This document shows positions 26,393 to 35,081 of a stretch of DNA of 64,000 nucleotides, in pieces (the stretch's first letter is position 1; each line of letters starts with the position of its first letter). The DNA comes from Bacteroidota bacterium (GTDB taxonomy: Bacteria > Bacteroidota > Ignavibacteria > UBA10030 > UBA8401). The notes under the pieces were generated by a model, which ran no database searches, was not told the DNA's origin, and worked only from the letters and a program-made list of their open reading frames with translations. The DNA is taken from the NCBI GenBank assembly GCA_035298825.1, contig DATGXR010000444.1, positions 5,819-69,818 on the forward strand, written 5' to 3'. The translations under genes and the position numbers were made by a program.

Positions 26393-27175
26393 TTAGCGTC
26401 GTACGTAGGCAGGCAAATTATCGGGTTCAATCCACTTGCCAGGGCACATGACCGCGGCATATTCAATTGCATTTTTCAAGTGACGCGTATTGCCGGGCCA
26501 ATGGTATGCCTGGCACAATTCAATGGCTTTCGGCGAGATGCCGACAACAGTCGAGTTAGAGCGGGCGCGCAATTCACGTAAAATTTTTTTTATCATCGGC
26601 GGAATGTCCTCTTTGCGATCTCTGAGCGCAGGCAGTTCGATAACGAGAGGACTGATGCGATAATACATCTCCCTGAGGAGGACGCCTTCGTCCATCAACG
26701 CTTCAGGATGGCGGTTGAGTGTGCCGATGATGCGGGTATGGATGTGGATGAGTTGCTCGCCTCCGACGCGTGTGATCGTCTGGTATTCGAGGGCCCGGGC
26801 CATTTTCATTTGCACAGGCAAGGGTAGCAATGCCAATTCGTTGATCAATACCGTGCCTCCGTCGGCTTCTTCAAACGCTCCGCGTCTGAGCACGACACCT
26901 TCGCGCGTCACGGCTTCGTAGCCGAAGAGATCCTTTTCCATCATCTCAGGAGAAAGCGCTCCGCAGTCGAATGGCAGAAACGGACTGCGTGCGCGTCGGC
27001 TGAGGCGATGAATGAATCGTGCAGCCCATTCTTTGCCCGTCCCCTGCTCGCCCACCAAGACAACACTGAGATCGCTCGCCGCGACCCGTTCCATTATCTT
27101 GAGCACTTCCTGCATCGCCGCGCTGCGCACGATATCGAGATCACGTTCGTTCACTGTATGTATGGATTCCATCAT
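26393..27175 (-). CDS. degenerate sigma54-EBP-like AAA+ domain protein (no receiver, no HTH; GAFTGA and Walker B motifs altered)
   Basis: Walker A GEQGTGKE is present. The GAFTGA position reads RRGAFEEADGG. Walker B reads GGTVLINEL (hhhhNE instead of hhhhDE). Sensor-II/Arg region RISPLVIELPALRDRKEDI is retained. The protein ends right after the AAA+ lid. Confidence 0.8.
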   Translation of the reverse strand: MMESIHTVNERDLDIVRSAAMQEVLKIMERVAASDLSVVLVGEQGTGKEWAARFIHRLSRRARSPFLPFDCGALSPEMMEKDLFGYEAVTREGVVLRRGAFEEADGGTVLINELALLPLPVQMKMARALEYQTITRVGGEQLIHIHTRIIGTLNRHPEALMDEGVLLREMYYRISPLVIELPALRDRKEDIPPMIKKILRELRARSNSTVVGISPKAIELCQAYHWPGNTRHLKNAIEYAAVMCPGKWIEPDNLPAYVRR

Positions 27176-27260
27176 GATTATAATAGAGATAGTAGAGAGT
27201 GTATGAATGAGTTGTTAAAGCATGGGCACATGCGGGGAAGCATGTGCCGGCGCCGGGCGA

Positions 27261-28175
27261 TCAATGGAGCGACAGCGGAACAGCAAGCGTCACATAGTGC
27301 ATGCGTTCGGCAGCGACACTTGAAGACACTCCATAATCGATCTCGAGATAGCGCGTGAGAATACCGACTCCCGCCCTTCCAACTGCGGTCACGGGACCGG
27401 AGACGATACCTCCTCTGAGCACCAGAAATTTCCATGGAAAAAGTTCGACTCCAAGCCGGTAGACCAGACGCTCTTCGCCGCTGATGCTTTGGTTCGATAG
27501 ACAGATCGCGACAATCGGCCGGTCGTGTGTCGCCGGATAGCGCCAGGCAGCACCGAAAGTGACCGAGCGTGGAATGTTCGCCTGGGTCTCGAGGATCTCA
27601 GCTCCATGGTCATCCCGCTTCACGACGATGCCTGAACCTAATCCGATGAAGGAGACTCCGTAGGTAAGTGAAGGAAAGACCGAATACATCATACCGAAAC
27701 CCGCCGTATGGCTCGAAGCGCGCCGGCCGTTGAGGTCAACTGAACGAAAATTATAGACCATGCCGATCGCCCATGATGTCATTGGACGCAGCGCATAACT
27801 GATTTCGGCTCCCATCATCTTGCCGGTACTTTTCGTCCACTCGGATTGATCGAACAGCGCGCCTTCGGCGCCCAGCGCAACGGAGTGAGACTCGGTCGCA
27901 AGGACAGGCAGTGTGACGAGTGAGCGCATAAGACGTTCATCCATGCGCACGCCTGCGGTAGCAGTCACATCAAGCGACTGCAGGAACGCAAGACAGGCCG
28001 GATTCCAAAGCACACTGCCAGCGTCGTGGATGTCGGCGACAGCCGCATCGCCCAACGATACGCTGCGTGCCGAAGCAAGCGACTGCGTGAATGAAAAACT
28101 GTTATCCGTCTGTGCACGGGCACACAAGGCAGCCGCCACAATCATCAACACCAGATATCCGCCGTGTCGTCGCAT
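27261..28175 (-). CDS. outer-membrane beta-barrel protein, PorV/PorQ (FadL-like) family candidate
   Basis: Signal peptide MRRHGGYLVLMIVAAALCARAQ. N-terminal …SVSLGDAAVADIHDAGSVLWNPACLA… matches the PorV/PorQ-type motif (S.GLG.A.vA…D…NPAgLA). Alternating beta-strand pattern. AAGGAGA SD upstream. Confidence 0.6.
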   Translation of the reverse strand: MRRHGGYLVLMIVAAALCARAQTDNSFSFTQSLASARSVSLGDAAVADIHDAGSVLWNPACLAFLQSLDVTATAGVRMDERLMRSLVTLPVLATESHSVALGAEGALFDQSEWTKSTGKMMGAEISYALRPMTSWAIGMVYNFRSVDLNGRRASSHTAGFGMMYSVFPSLTYGVSFIGLGSGIVVKRDDHGAEILETQANIPRSVTFGAAWRYPATHDRPIVAICLSNQSISGEERLVYRLGVELFPWKFLVLRGGIVSGPVTAVGRAGVGILTRYLEIDYGVSSSVAAERMHYVTLAVPLSLH

Positions 28176-28256
28176 CCTTGCTTGTCTCCTTGAGCGTGAA
28201 ACCACAGATCCATCACACGATGAGTGTTCTTTTCCACCTGTCGTGTTGTGGTGTGA

Positions 28257-28970
28257 TTAGCGTGCGATCGAAAAGAGTCCGAACAAAAAAAGCGTGTCTC
28301 TCAAGTAGCCCGAGAATTCACGAATAAAATTTTCTTCTCTCGGCACATAGACAATATCGCCGGGACCGATCGTCGGCACCTCGGCAAAATTGCCGGTACT
28401 GAAGTAGCGCGTCAGATCGACTTCGATCGGCGGCGCATTCGCATTGCGGCGAAACACCTTGATGCGCCGGAGATCCGATTCGGATGTGGTGCCGCCGCAT
28501 GCGGCGAGGGCTTCAAGAAGCGAGATGGGCGACGTCAGCGCGAATGTATCCTGCCGCGCGACAGCACCCAGCATTACCACCTTTGCATTCGTGGCCGGGA
28601 GCACAGTCATGCCCACGCTTAATTTTGGATTGCGCGCAAAGACTGAAAATCTTTCGCGCAGAAATTCGATCGCTTGTGTCTTCGACAATCCTTCGAGACG
28701 AACTTCGCCCAGCAGTTTGACAGGGATCATCCCGGTTTCGCTGATGATGGCCGTCGTATCGAATTCCGGATACTCAATCACCCAGATCTTGACTTGATCA
28801 CCCTGCCTGAGCACATAGGCTCCGGAAAGAACATTGCTTGACTGGGATGTTGAAGCCTTTAAGATTGCCTCATCGATCACAACGGCGCGGCTGAAGCAGC
28901 CGGAAAACAATACTCCTGCCGCGGCCATGACCATGAGAGCATACCTGTGGACACCGGAAGAAATTTGCAC
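28257..28970 (-). CDS. polysaccharide export protein, Wza/GumB/BexD family (Poly_export + SLBB)
   Basis: Lipoprotein-like signal …LFSGC. …YVLRQGDQVKIWV… and PGDIVYVP SLBB-type motifs. Confidence 0.85.
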   Translation of the reverse strand: MQISSGVHRYALMVMAAAGVLFSGCFSRAVVIDEAILKASTSQSSNVLSGAYVLRQGDQVKIWVIEYPEFDTTAIISETGMIPVKLLGEVRLEGLSKTQAIEFLRERFSVFARNPKLSVGMTVLPATNAKVVMLGAVARQDTFALTSPISLLEALAACGGTTSESDLRRIKVFRRNANAPPIEVDLTRYFSTGNFAEVPTIGPGDIVYVPREENFIREFSGYLRDTLFLFGLFSIAR

Positions 28971-29418
28971 GCTATTGGACCTTTCGCAGGGGTGTGAAAA
29001 AAAATTTTCTTTTTTTAAAGAAATAATTTGACAAAATCAATCCACTCAGCGATATTACAGTATCTCACCTTTATCAACACACGACAGGCATCCGGTTTCA
29101 CTGTGGAATAGCCCGACGCTCAAGCGGGGAGACGTGTTGGTTCCTGCACCAAATCTACACTAAATTGTTTCAAGAAATGTGCCAAAAGATCGGCGCGCGC
29201 GGATGATCACAGATTCATCCTTGTTTTACGTCACATTGCGCGCACGATGCACTGCCGAAGGTCTGTCTGTACGCAAACCTTCAATGGGTCATGTGAGTCG
29301 TTTTTACACACATGCCACGATCGCAGAGTGTTCTTTTTACGCACATCCGGGAAGGGGTCCCGGCCTCTCATGAGCATTTTTTCTCAAAACTCGTCATGAT
29401 CACGCCATTGCCTTTTCT

Positions 29419-29434
29419 GGGCATACAGATTGCT
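29419..29434 (+). promoter_or_regulatory. candidate sigma54 (-24/-12) promoter: TGGGCATACAGATTGCT
   Basis: GGCA-N8-TTGCT with canonical 12-bp GG-to-GC spacing, 50-75 bp upstream of the wzz-like gene. A weaker divergent candidate lies on the minus strand at 29171-29187 (TGGCACatttcTTGA). Confidence 0.35.
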
Positions 29435-29484
29435 TTTTTATAATCTGAGTCGGCATCCATACCAATGCACTGTAGTGACAATGA

Positions 29485-30846
29485 TTGTGTACCAATCAAG
29501 GGGGAACCACCGTGCAGACCTCTCAATTTTCATTCCGTGAAATTGGCTCGGTATTCTATCGCCGGATCAAGCTGTTGAGTATCCCGCCCATTGCCGTTAC
29601 AGCGCTTGCCGTGGCAGTGACCTCCCAGTTGCCAAGGATGTACGAATCGTCCACCTCTATTCTTGTACAACGCAATGAGGTCCAAAATCCGATCTCCGGG
29701 ATGACCGCCACTGCGCCGTCCTACCAGATGGAAGATGACCCGCTTCGCTTCATCGATGAGATCCTCTATAGCCGAAAGACGATCGAGATGCTGCTGGACA
29801 GTCTGAACGTCGAATACCTCTCGCTGCCCGAGGCACTACGCCGCAAGCTTATCGACGACAGAATGTCCAATATCAAGATCCAGCGTCAGGCACGGGAATC
29901 CTTTTCAATCATCTACGCCGATGACGATCCGATTCGGGCGCAGCGCGGAGCCGGCGTGCTCGCCGATCTGTTCATGCAGACCACCTCATCCACTCTCAAT
30001 CAGCGTAATGAAGTCACCGTGCGCTTTTATGAGCAGAAGCTCGAGGAGTTCCGTCAGAAACTCGAGCAAAGCCAGGAGCAGCTCATGCCCCGGCTGCGCG
30101 ATCGGATGCAGGATAATCCGGCAGCCGGCACATATCTGCGCGATGTCGAAAAGCAGATGCAGGAGAGCGAAGCGCGCGCAAAGGAATTAAAACATGATCT
30201 CGTCTTAATCCGCGAACTGCCCGAAGATCTCTCCTCGAAACCGGCGCGACAGACGCTTTTCGAACTTTCCAGGCTCGACATTCCCTATGCGAGTGAATTA
30301 CGGGGACTTGTCACAAAGCATGACGACGCCCTCGGACGTTATACCGAACGCCATCCGGAAGTCACAACCGTACAGGTTACGATTCTGGAGATGCTCGAAC
30401 GGATGGCGGCCGGCATACAGGGCGAGATCAACAAACAGGAGTCGCGCACAGGCGATCTGCGTCGGACGCGGACGCAAATGATGAGCGATATGCTCGGCGC
30501 ATCGGCGCAATCCGGGCAGGAGAAGGAGTCGAATCTTGCGGTGTATCAACGGCTCTATGACGGCATGAAAGTGAAACTCGAAGAGGCCCAGATCCAGCGC
30601 GCGATTGGAAAAACCGCCAACAATCAATTCACGATCATCGATCCGCCCCTTGTGCCCTTGAAGCCGTCGAAGCCGAACCGGGCGCTTATTGTCGGAGGCG
30701 GATTCGGCCTCGGATTGCTGCTGGGGATTGTATCGGCGATCCTTTCCGAATTATTCGATTCGACAATTCGAACAACACATATCGTAGAACTCTATCATAA
30801 ACCGATCATTGCCTTTCTTCCGGAACGTCCGCGCTTAAAAGACTAG
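29485..30846 (+). CDS. polysaccharide chain-length determinant (Wzz/GumC/EpsF-like, PCP family)
   Basis: N-terminal TM, long coiled-coil periplasmic region, C-terminal TM (ALIVGGGFGLGLLLGIVSAIL). Alternative GTG start at 29512 with GGGGGAA SD. Confidence 0.85.
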   Translation: MCTNQGGTTVQTSQFSFREIGSVFYRRIKLLSIPPIAVTALAVAVTSQLPRMYESSTSILVQRNEVQNPISGMTATAPSYQMEDDPLRFIDEILYSRKTIEMLLDSLNVEYLSLPEALRRKLIDDRMSNIKIQRQARESFSIIYADDDPIRAQRGAGVLADLFMQTTSSTLNQRNEVTVRFYEQKLEEFRQKLEQSQEQLMPRLRDRMQDNPAAGTYLRDVEKQMQESEARAKELKHDLVLIRELPEDLSSKPARQTLFELSRLDIPYASELRGLVTKHDDALGRYTERHPEVTTVQVTILEMLERMAAGIQGEINKQESRTGDLRRTRTQMMSDMLGASAQSGQEKESNLAVYQRLYDGMKVKLEEAQIQRAIGKTANNQFTIIDPPLVPLKPSKPNRALIVGGGFGLGLLLGIVSAILSELFDSTIRTTHIVELYHKPIIAFLPERPRLKD

Positions 30847-30917
30847 CGCTGATGCGACCGTGCGCACGTAGCAACACAGTTGATCTTGTTCCCGGGAGCC
30901 ACTCATGCGGAGGGCCA

Positions 30918-31751
30918 ATGCAATCAGGTGTGGAATTCATACAGTCCGATGATGGTGATGAAATCGGGTCCGTTCCGCTTCATCGAAGCGATGACGATCC
31001 GACGATATCGCAAGCCGAACGCGTTCCCCACAGCCTTGTGCGTCTGGAAAAGAACGTGGTCTTTTCGCATGTGACCGGCAAGAAAATCGACGGTTCGACG
31101 GTCAATCACCAATTCTACGATCACTTCAAATACTCGCTCCTGCCGAAGGAGCATTCCCACGGCAAGCTCACTCTCGGCATCACGAGCCCGAATCAGGGCG
31201 AAGGCAAAACACTTGTCGCGGCAAATCTTGCCGCTTCCCTTGCCATGGCCAACCAGCGCGAAACGCTCCTTGTCGATCTGAACATCCGCCGGCCGAAACT
31301 CCATGAAATCTTCGGCACACCGTTGACGCCGGGACTCTTGGAGTCGTTCCACCAGTCGACGATCACTGTCGCTAAGACGCACATCAAGCATTTGCATGTG
31401 CTCTCGGCCGGAAACGCCGCAGAAAATGCGCTTGAATCGGTGCGCATGAGTTCGATGAAAAGCAGCTCGTCGTCCAAGCCATCGTCGACCGTCGGACTCG
31501 AACAGCTTACCGAATTCCGAAATGTGCTCCTTTCACTCGAAAGCAAATACGAGCTCATTATCGTTGATCTGCCGTCGATCAACGAATCGGCGATTCCGAC
31601 ACTCTTCACGTCGCAACTCGGCGGAGTGATTGTCGTTGTCAATGCCGGACGCACCAAACAGCGGGACCTCGAGCGGCTTATTGCCACGCTCAACGAAGGT
31701 CAGGTCATGGGATTTGTCTTCAATCGAGTCGGAAAGCACAATCTGTCGTAA
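30918..31751 (+). CDS. Wzc C-terminal-domain-like P-loop ATPase (BY-kinase/MinD-ParA fold) without a C-terminal tyrosine cluster
   Basis: Walker A LGITSPNQGEGKT. Walker A'/B …LLVDLN… / …LIIVDLPS… The C-terminus …NEGQVMGFVFNRVGKHNLS has no tyrosines. Start at the ATG at 30918, preceded by GGAGGG. Confidence 0.8.
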   Translation: MQSGVEFIQSDDGDEIGSVPLHRSDDDPTISQAERVPHSLVRLEKNVVFSHVTGKKIDGSTVNHQFYDHFKYSLLPKEHSHGKLTLGITSPNQGEGKTLVAANLAASLAMANQRETLLVDLNIRRPKLHEIFGTPLTPGLLESFHQSTITVAKTHIKHLHVLSAGNAAENALESVRMSSMKSSSSSKPSSTVGLEQLTEFRNVLLSLESKYELIIVDLPSINESAIPTLFTSQLGGVIVVVNAGRTKQRDLERLIATLNEGQVMGFVFNRVGKHNLS

Positions 31752-32042
31752 ACGGCCGACTTTCTCTTTCGCCAAAAAAAAGCAGAGACATCGATGACGA
31801 TTTTGGTAATTATCCTGTTCACTGCCTCGGGCATCCTTCTTGGCAAGCGCAGCTCTCATATGGGTGCGAAAGAGTATCTGATAATTTTTTGGATCACGCT
31901 TCTGCAAATCCTGTATTTCCTCATCGTGTTTTTAACGATGCAGCAGCCTCCGATCTATTGGTAAAGTGGACTCAGAATTATGCTCGACACACAGAATTCG
32001 CAGTCATCAACCATGCGGCTCCCTTCCCGCACCGGAGGCGGC

Positions 32043-33512
32043 ATGGAATCGCTCTGGCTTGCCTCGGCACTTGCCATGTCGGGCCTGATTGCATTGGCGC
32101 TTGTTGCGACAAATGGCAGCATCGTTGCCGGCATTGCGCTCGTCATTCTGTATAGTGTCGTGATGCTCACGATCTACCGCGTGGAGTGGGGATTTTTCAT
32201 CTTCGTTTTTTTCGTCCTGTTCTTCGATCAGCACAATGTGAAGTATGTGATGCCTTTTACCTCGGTGGCAAATTATTTCTCGAATATCAATCTCATCCCC
32301 GGAATGCCGCGTTATATGATCATCTCGGCAATGGAACTCCACTTGCTCTTCGTGCTCTTTGTTTGGATCGTACGAGTCGCCGCACAACAAAAGTATGGCT
32401 TCATCTCCCTCGGGCTGAAAGTTCCGGCCCTGCTCTGGAGCAGCGCGCTCCTGGCCTCGACGCTCCATGGGATAGGAACGGGAGCCGATCCGATTATCGT
32501 CATCTGGGAAATACGCGCATTACTCTATCTCGGCATCCTGTATTGGTGGACGCCTCAGATCATCCGTACAAAGCAGCACATTATCGCACTTGTCTGGATC
32601 CTGATTATCGGCATCACGATCAAGGCGCTGCAGGGGGCGTTTTTTTATGCAAGCAACGGTTTCTCTTTCGGCGTCTGGCCCGAGATCATCGAAACCTACA
32701 CCAACCACGAAGATCCGGTGTTTATGGTGCTGTTGTTCATGTTGCTTGGCATGATGCTCATTCTCCGTGTGAAGTCGAAACAGAAAACGGCACTCCTGGC
32801 ACTCACGCTGCCACTCCTTGTCGGCTTCATCTCCGCACAGCGCCGTGCGACGTATGCCTCGGGCATAGCCTCGACAATCGGGCTGATCTTCCTGCTTCCG
32901 CGCCAGCATCTGGCCGCCGTCATGAAAGCCCTTGCCGTGTTTCTTGTGTTCGTGACAATCTATATGGCCGTCTTCTGGAACAGCTACAGCAGACTGGGGT
33001 ATGTGGCCCAGCAATTAAAGTCGACGCTCTTCGATGAAGCCGGTGTGCGGGGAGAAAAGGATATTGAGTCGACGCTCTACCGAAAGGCAGAAAATTTCAA
33101 TCTGGCATACACGTTCCGCCAGGCTCCCGCAATTGGCATCGGATACGGCAAGGCCTATGAACGTCCGCTCAAGCCGTGGGGTGGAGATTTTCCGCTCTCG
33201 GATTACATTCCCCATAACCAGATCTTCTGGATCTTTGTGAAGATGGGCGCCGTGGGAGGATTTTGTTTCTGGTTCCTGTTCAACTCATTTGTCATCCATG
33301 GATCGATCGTCTTTCGCCGCCTTCGCGATCCGTATCTGCAGGCGGTCTGCGCCATGTGCGTCATCTCTGTGCTCAACCAAATGGTCGTCTCCTATGTCGA
33401 TATGCAGCTCACATTCAGCCGCAACATGGTCGTGCTTGGCGTGCTGATGGGCGTGATGCTGTATCTCGATCGGAGTTCGGCATCGGCGCATGGACGCACG
33501 ACGGACGATTGA
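32043..33512 (+). CDS. O-antigen polymerase/ligase family membrane protein (Wzy_C domain)
   Basis: About 11 TM segments. …PHNQIFWIFVKMGAVGG… matches the Wzy_C signature (H-N…G..G). Start chosen at the ATG at 32043, preceded by GGAGG. In-frame alternatives at 31980 and 32013. Confidence 0.7.
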   Translation: MESLWLASALAMSGLIALALVATNGSIVAGIALVILYSVVMLTIYRVEWGFFIFVFFVLFFDQHNVKYVMPFTSVANYFSNINLIPGMPRYMIISAMELHLLFVLFVWIVRVAAQQKYGFISLGLKVPALLWSSALLASTLHGIGTGADPIIVIWEIRALLYLGILYWWTPQIIRTKQHIIALVWILIIGITIKALQGAFFYASNGFSFGVWPEIIETYTNHEDPVFMVLLFMLLGMMLILRVKSKQKTALLALTLPLLVGFISAQRRATYASGIASTIGLIFLLPRQHLAAVMKALAVFLVFVTIYMAVFWNSYSRLGYVAQQLKSTLFDEAGVRGEKDIESTLYRKAENFNLAYTFRQAPAIGIGYGKAYERPLKPWGGDFPLSDYIPHNQIFWIFVKMGAVGGFCFWFLFNSFVIHGSIVFRRLRDPYLQAVCAMCVISVLNQMVVSYVDMQLTFSRNMVVLGVLMGVMLYLDRSSASAHGRTTDD

Positions 33513-33541
33513 ATTTTTCCTTTACGAAAGGACTCATTCAC

Positions 33542-34246
33542 ATGACCGAAGAAAATCCTGAGCTCGAACAACAAGTCGACCAATTGCTGGCCGGTCGGAA
33601 TCCGCGACGAGTCCTGGAAGCAGGCTGCGGTTCGGCGAGTCACCTCCGGTTCCCCGAAGGCACGTTGTTATGCGGGATCGATATTTCTCAAAAACAGCTC
33701 GACAAGAACGAGCACATGCATGAGAAAATCGTGGGCGACTTGCAAACTTACCCCCTCCCTGAAAACACATACGATATGGTCGTCTGCTGGGATGTGCTCG
33801 AGCATTTGCCGGAACCGACGAAGGCGCTCGAGAATTTCTTCCGCACGGTGAACGAAGGCGGCATCGTGATCATGGCATCGCCCAATGTCTTTACACTCAG
33901 AGGACTGATCACGAAACTCTCGCCACAGTGGTTCCACGTCTTCTACGCGCGTTACATCGCGGGATATGACTGGGCCGGCCAGGAGGAAGGCTACCCGTTC
34001 GTGACATTCCACCGCTGGGCCATCGCACCCAAGGCAATCGAGCGACTTGCGCAATCACGAAACATGAAAGTCATTTCATCGGACACCTTTGGTTTTGATC
34101 ATCCTGAAAAACGACACGCGATCTTCTACGCGTTATGGAGCGCGGTCGACAAGCTGGCGAACATTATTTCGTTCGGCAAACTGGAAACTGATGCAGCGGC
34201 GGCATTTTGCATCATTCTCCAAAAAAGATCACGAATCATCACATAG
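33542..34246 (+). CDS. class I SAM-dependent methyltransferase (type 11)
   Basis: …RVLEAGCGSASHL… (motif I, GxGxG), …MVVCWDVLEHLPEP… (motif II). Start at the ATG at 33542; the upstream part of the track ORF overlaps the wzy-like gene. Confidence 0.85.
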   Translation: MTEENPELEQQVDQLLAGRNPRRVLEAGCGSASHLRFPEGTLLCGIDISQKQLDKNEHMHEKIVGDLQTYPLPENTYDMVVCWDVLEHLPEPTKALENFFRTVNEGGIVIMASPNVFTLRGLITKLSPQWFHVFYARYIAGYDWAGQEEGYPFVTFHRWAIAPKAIERLAQSRNMKVISSDTFGFDHPEKRHAIFYALWSAVDKLANIISFGKLETDAAAAFCIILQKRSRIIT

Positions 34247-34253
34247 CCGACAC

Positions 34254-35081
34254 ATGATGGATACTGCACGAGAGTTAGAAGCTCAGATATTGGAACACCC
34301 GACCGTACATTTTGCATCGGTCGACATTCTTGGTGTCGCGATTCATAATCTGACGCTCGATGAGACGCTTCGCGCGATGACCGAGATGGCCTTGAGCGGT
34401 CAACCGCACCATGTGATGACAGTCAATCCGGAATTCGTGATGATTGCGCAGCGCGATCCGGACTTTCGCAGCGTGCTTGAGCGCGCCACAATCTGCGTGG
34501 CCGACGGCATGGGCATCATCTGGGGTTCACGCATTCTGGGCCGGCCGCTGAAAGAACGCATCACGGGGTCCGATACAATTCCCGCGTTTGCGCATCGGGC
34601 GGCACAGTACGGCATACGGATATTCCTTCTGGGCGCAGCTCCGGGTGTGGCCGAAGAAACCGCCGCCATCCTCACAGCTCGCAACCCGGGACTCGTGATC
34701 GCAGGCACGTTTGCCGGTTCGCCTCGGGCGGAGGAGGAAGACGAGATCTGCCGGCTCATCGAGCGCTCGCGTGCCCACGTGCTCCTGGTGGCCTACGGTC
34801 CTCCGAAACAGGATTTGTGGATTGCCCGCACACAATCGCGCCTTCGGATTCCGCTTGCCATTGGCGTTGGAGGCACATTCGACTTCATCGCCGGCAAGGT
34901 CAGACGCGCTCCGGTCTGGATGCAGAAGCTGGGACTCGAATGGCTCTTCAGGCTGTTGCGCGAGCCAAGGCGATGGCGCCGCATGCTCACGCTTCCGGAA
35001 TTTGCGGCGGCAATCGTACGAGAAAAAATATTCCCTCAACCAAATGAAATCCGATGGTCAGTGAAGCGGCAAAATCAGTAA
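34254..35081 (+). CDS. WecB/TagA/CpsF-family glycosyltransferase (GT26)
   Basis: …VMTVNPEFVMIAQRD…ATICVADGMGIIWGSRILG…IFLLGAAPGVAEE…VAYGPPKQDLWIA… Hallmark TagA/WecG pattern. Confidence 0.9.
   Translation: MMDTARELEAQILEHPTVHFASVDILGVAIHNLTLDETLRAMTEMALSGQPHHVMTVNPEFVMIAQRDPDFRSVLERATICVADGMGIIWGSRILGRPLKERITGSDTIPAFAHRAAQYGIRIFLLGAAPGVAEETAAILTARNPGLVIAGTFAGSPRAEEEDEICRLIERSRAHVLLVAYGPPKQDLWIARTQSRLRIPLAIGVGGTFDFIAGKVRRAPVWMQKLGLEWLFRLLREPRRWRRMLTLPEFAAAIVREKIFPQPNEIRWSVKRQNQ

Noticed and set aside
29179-29373. 64-aa ORF inside the 514-bp divergent intergenic region of the EPS locus
   Set aside because: No SD. Arg/Cys-rich composition. More likely non-coding leader/promoter DNA; kept only as part of the regulatory-region finding.
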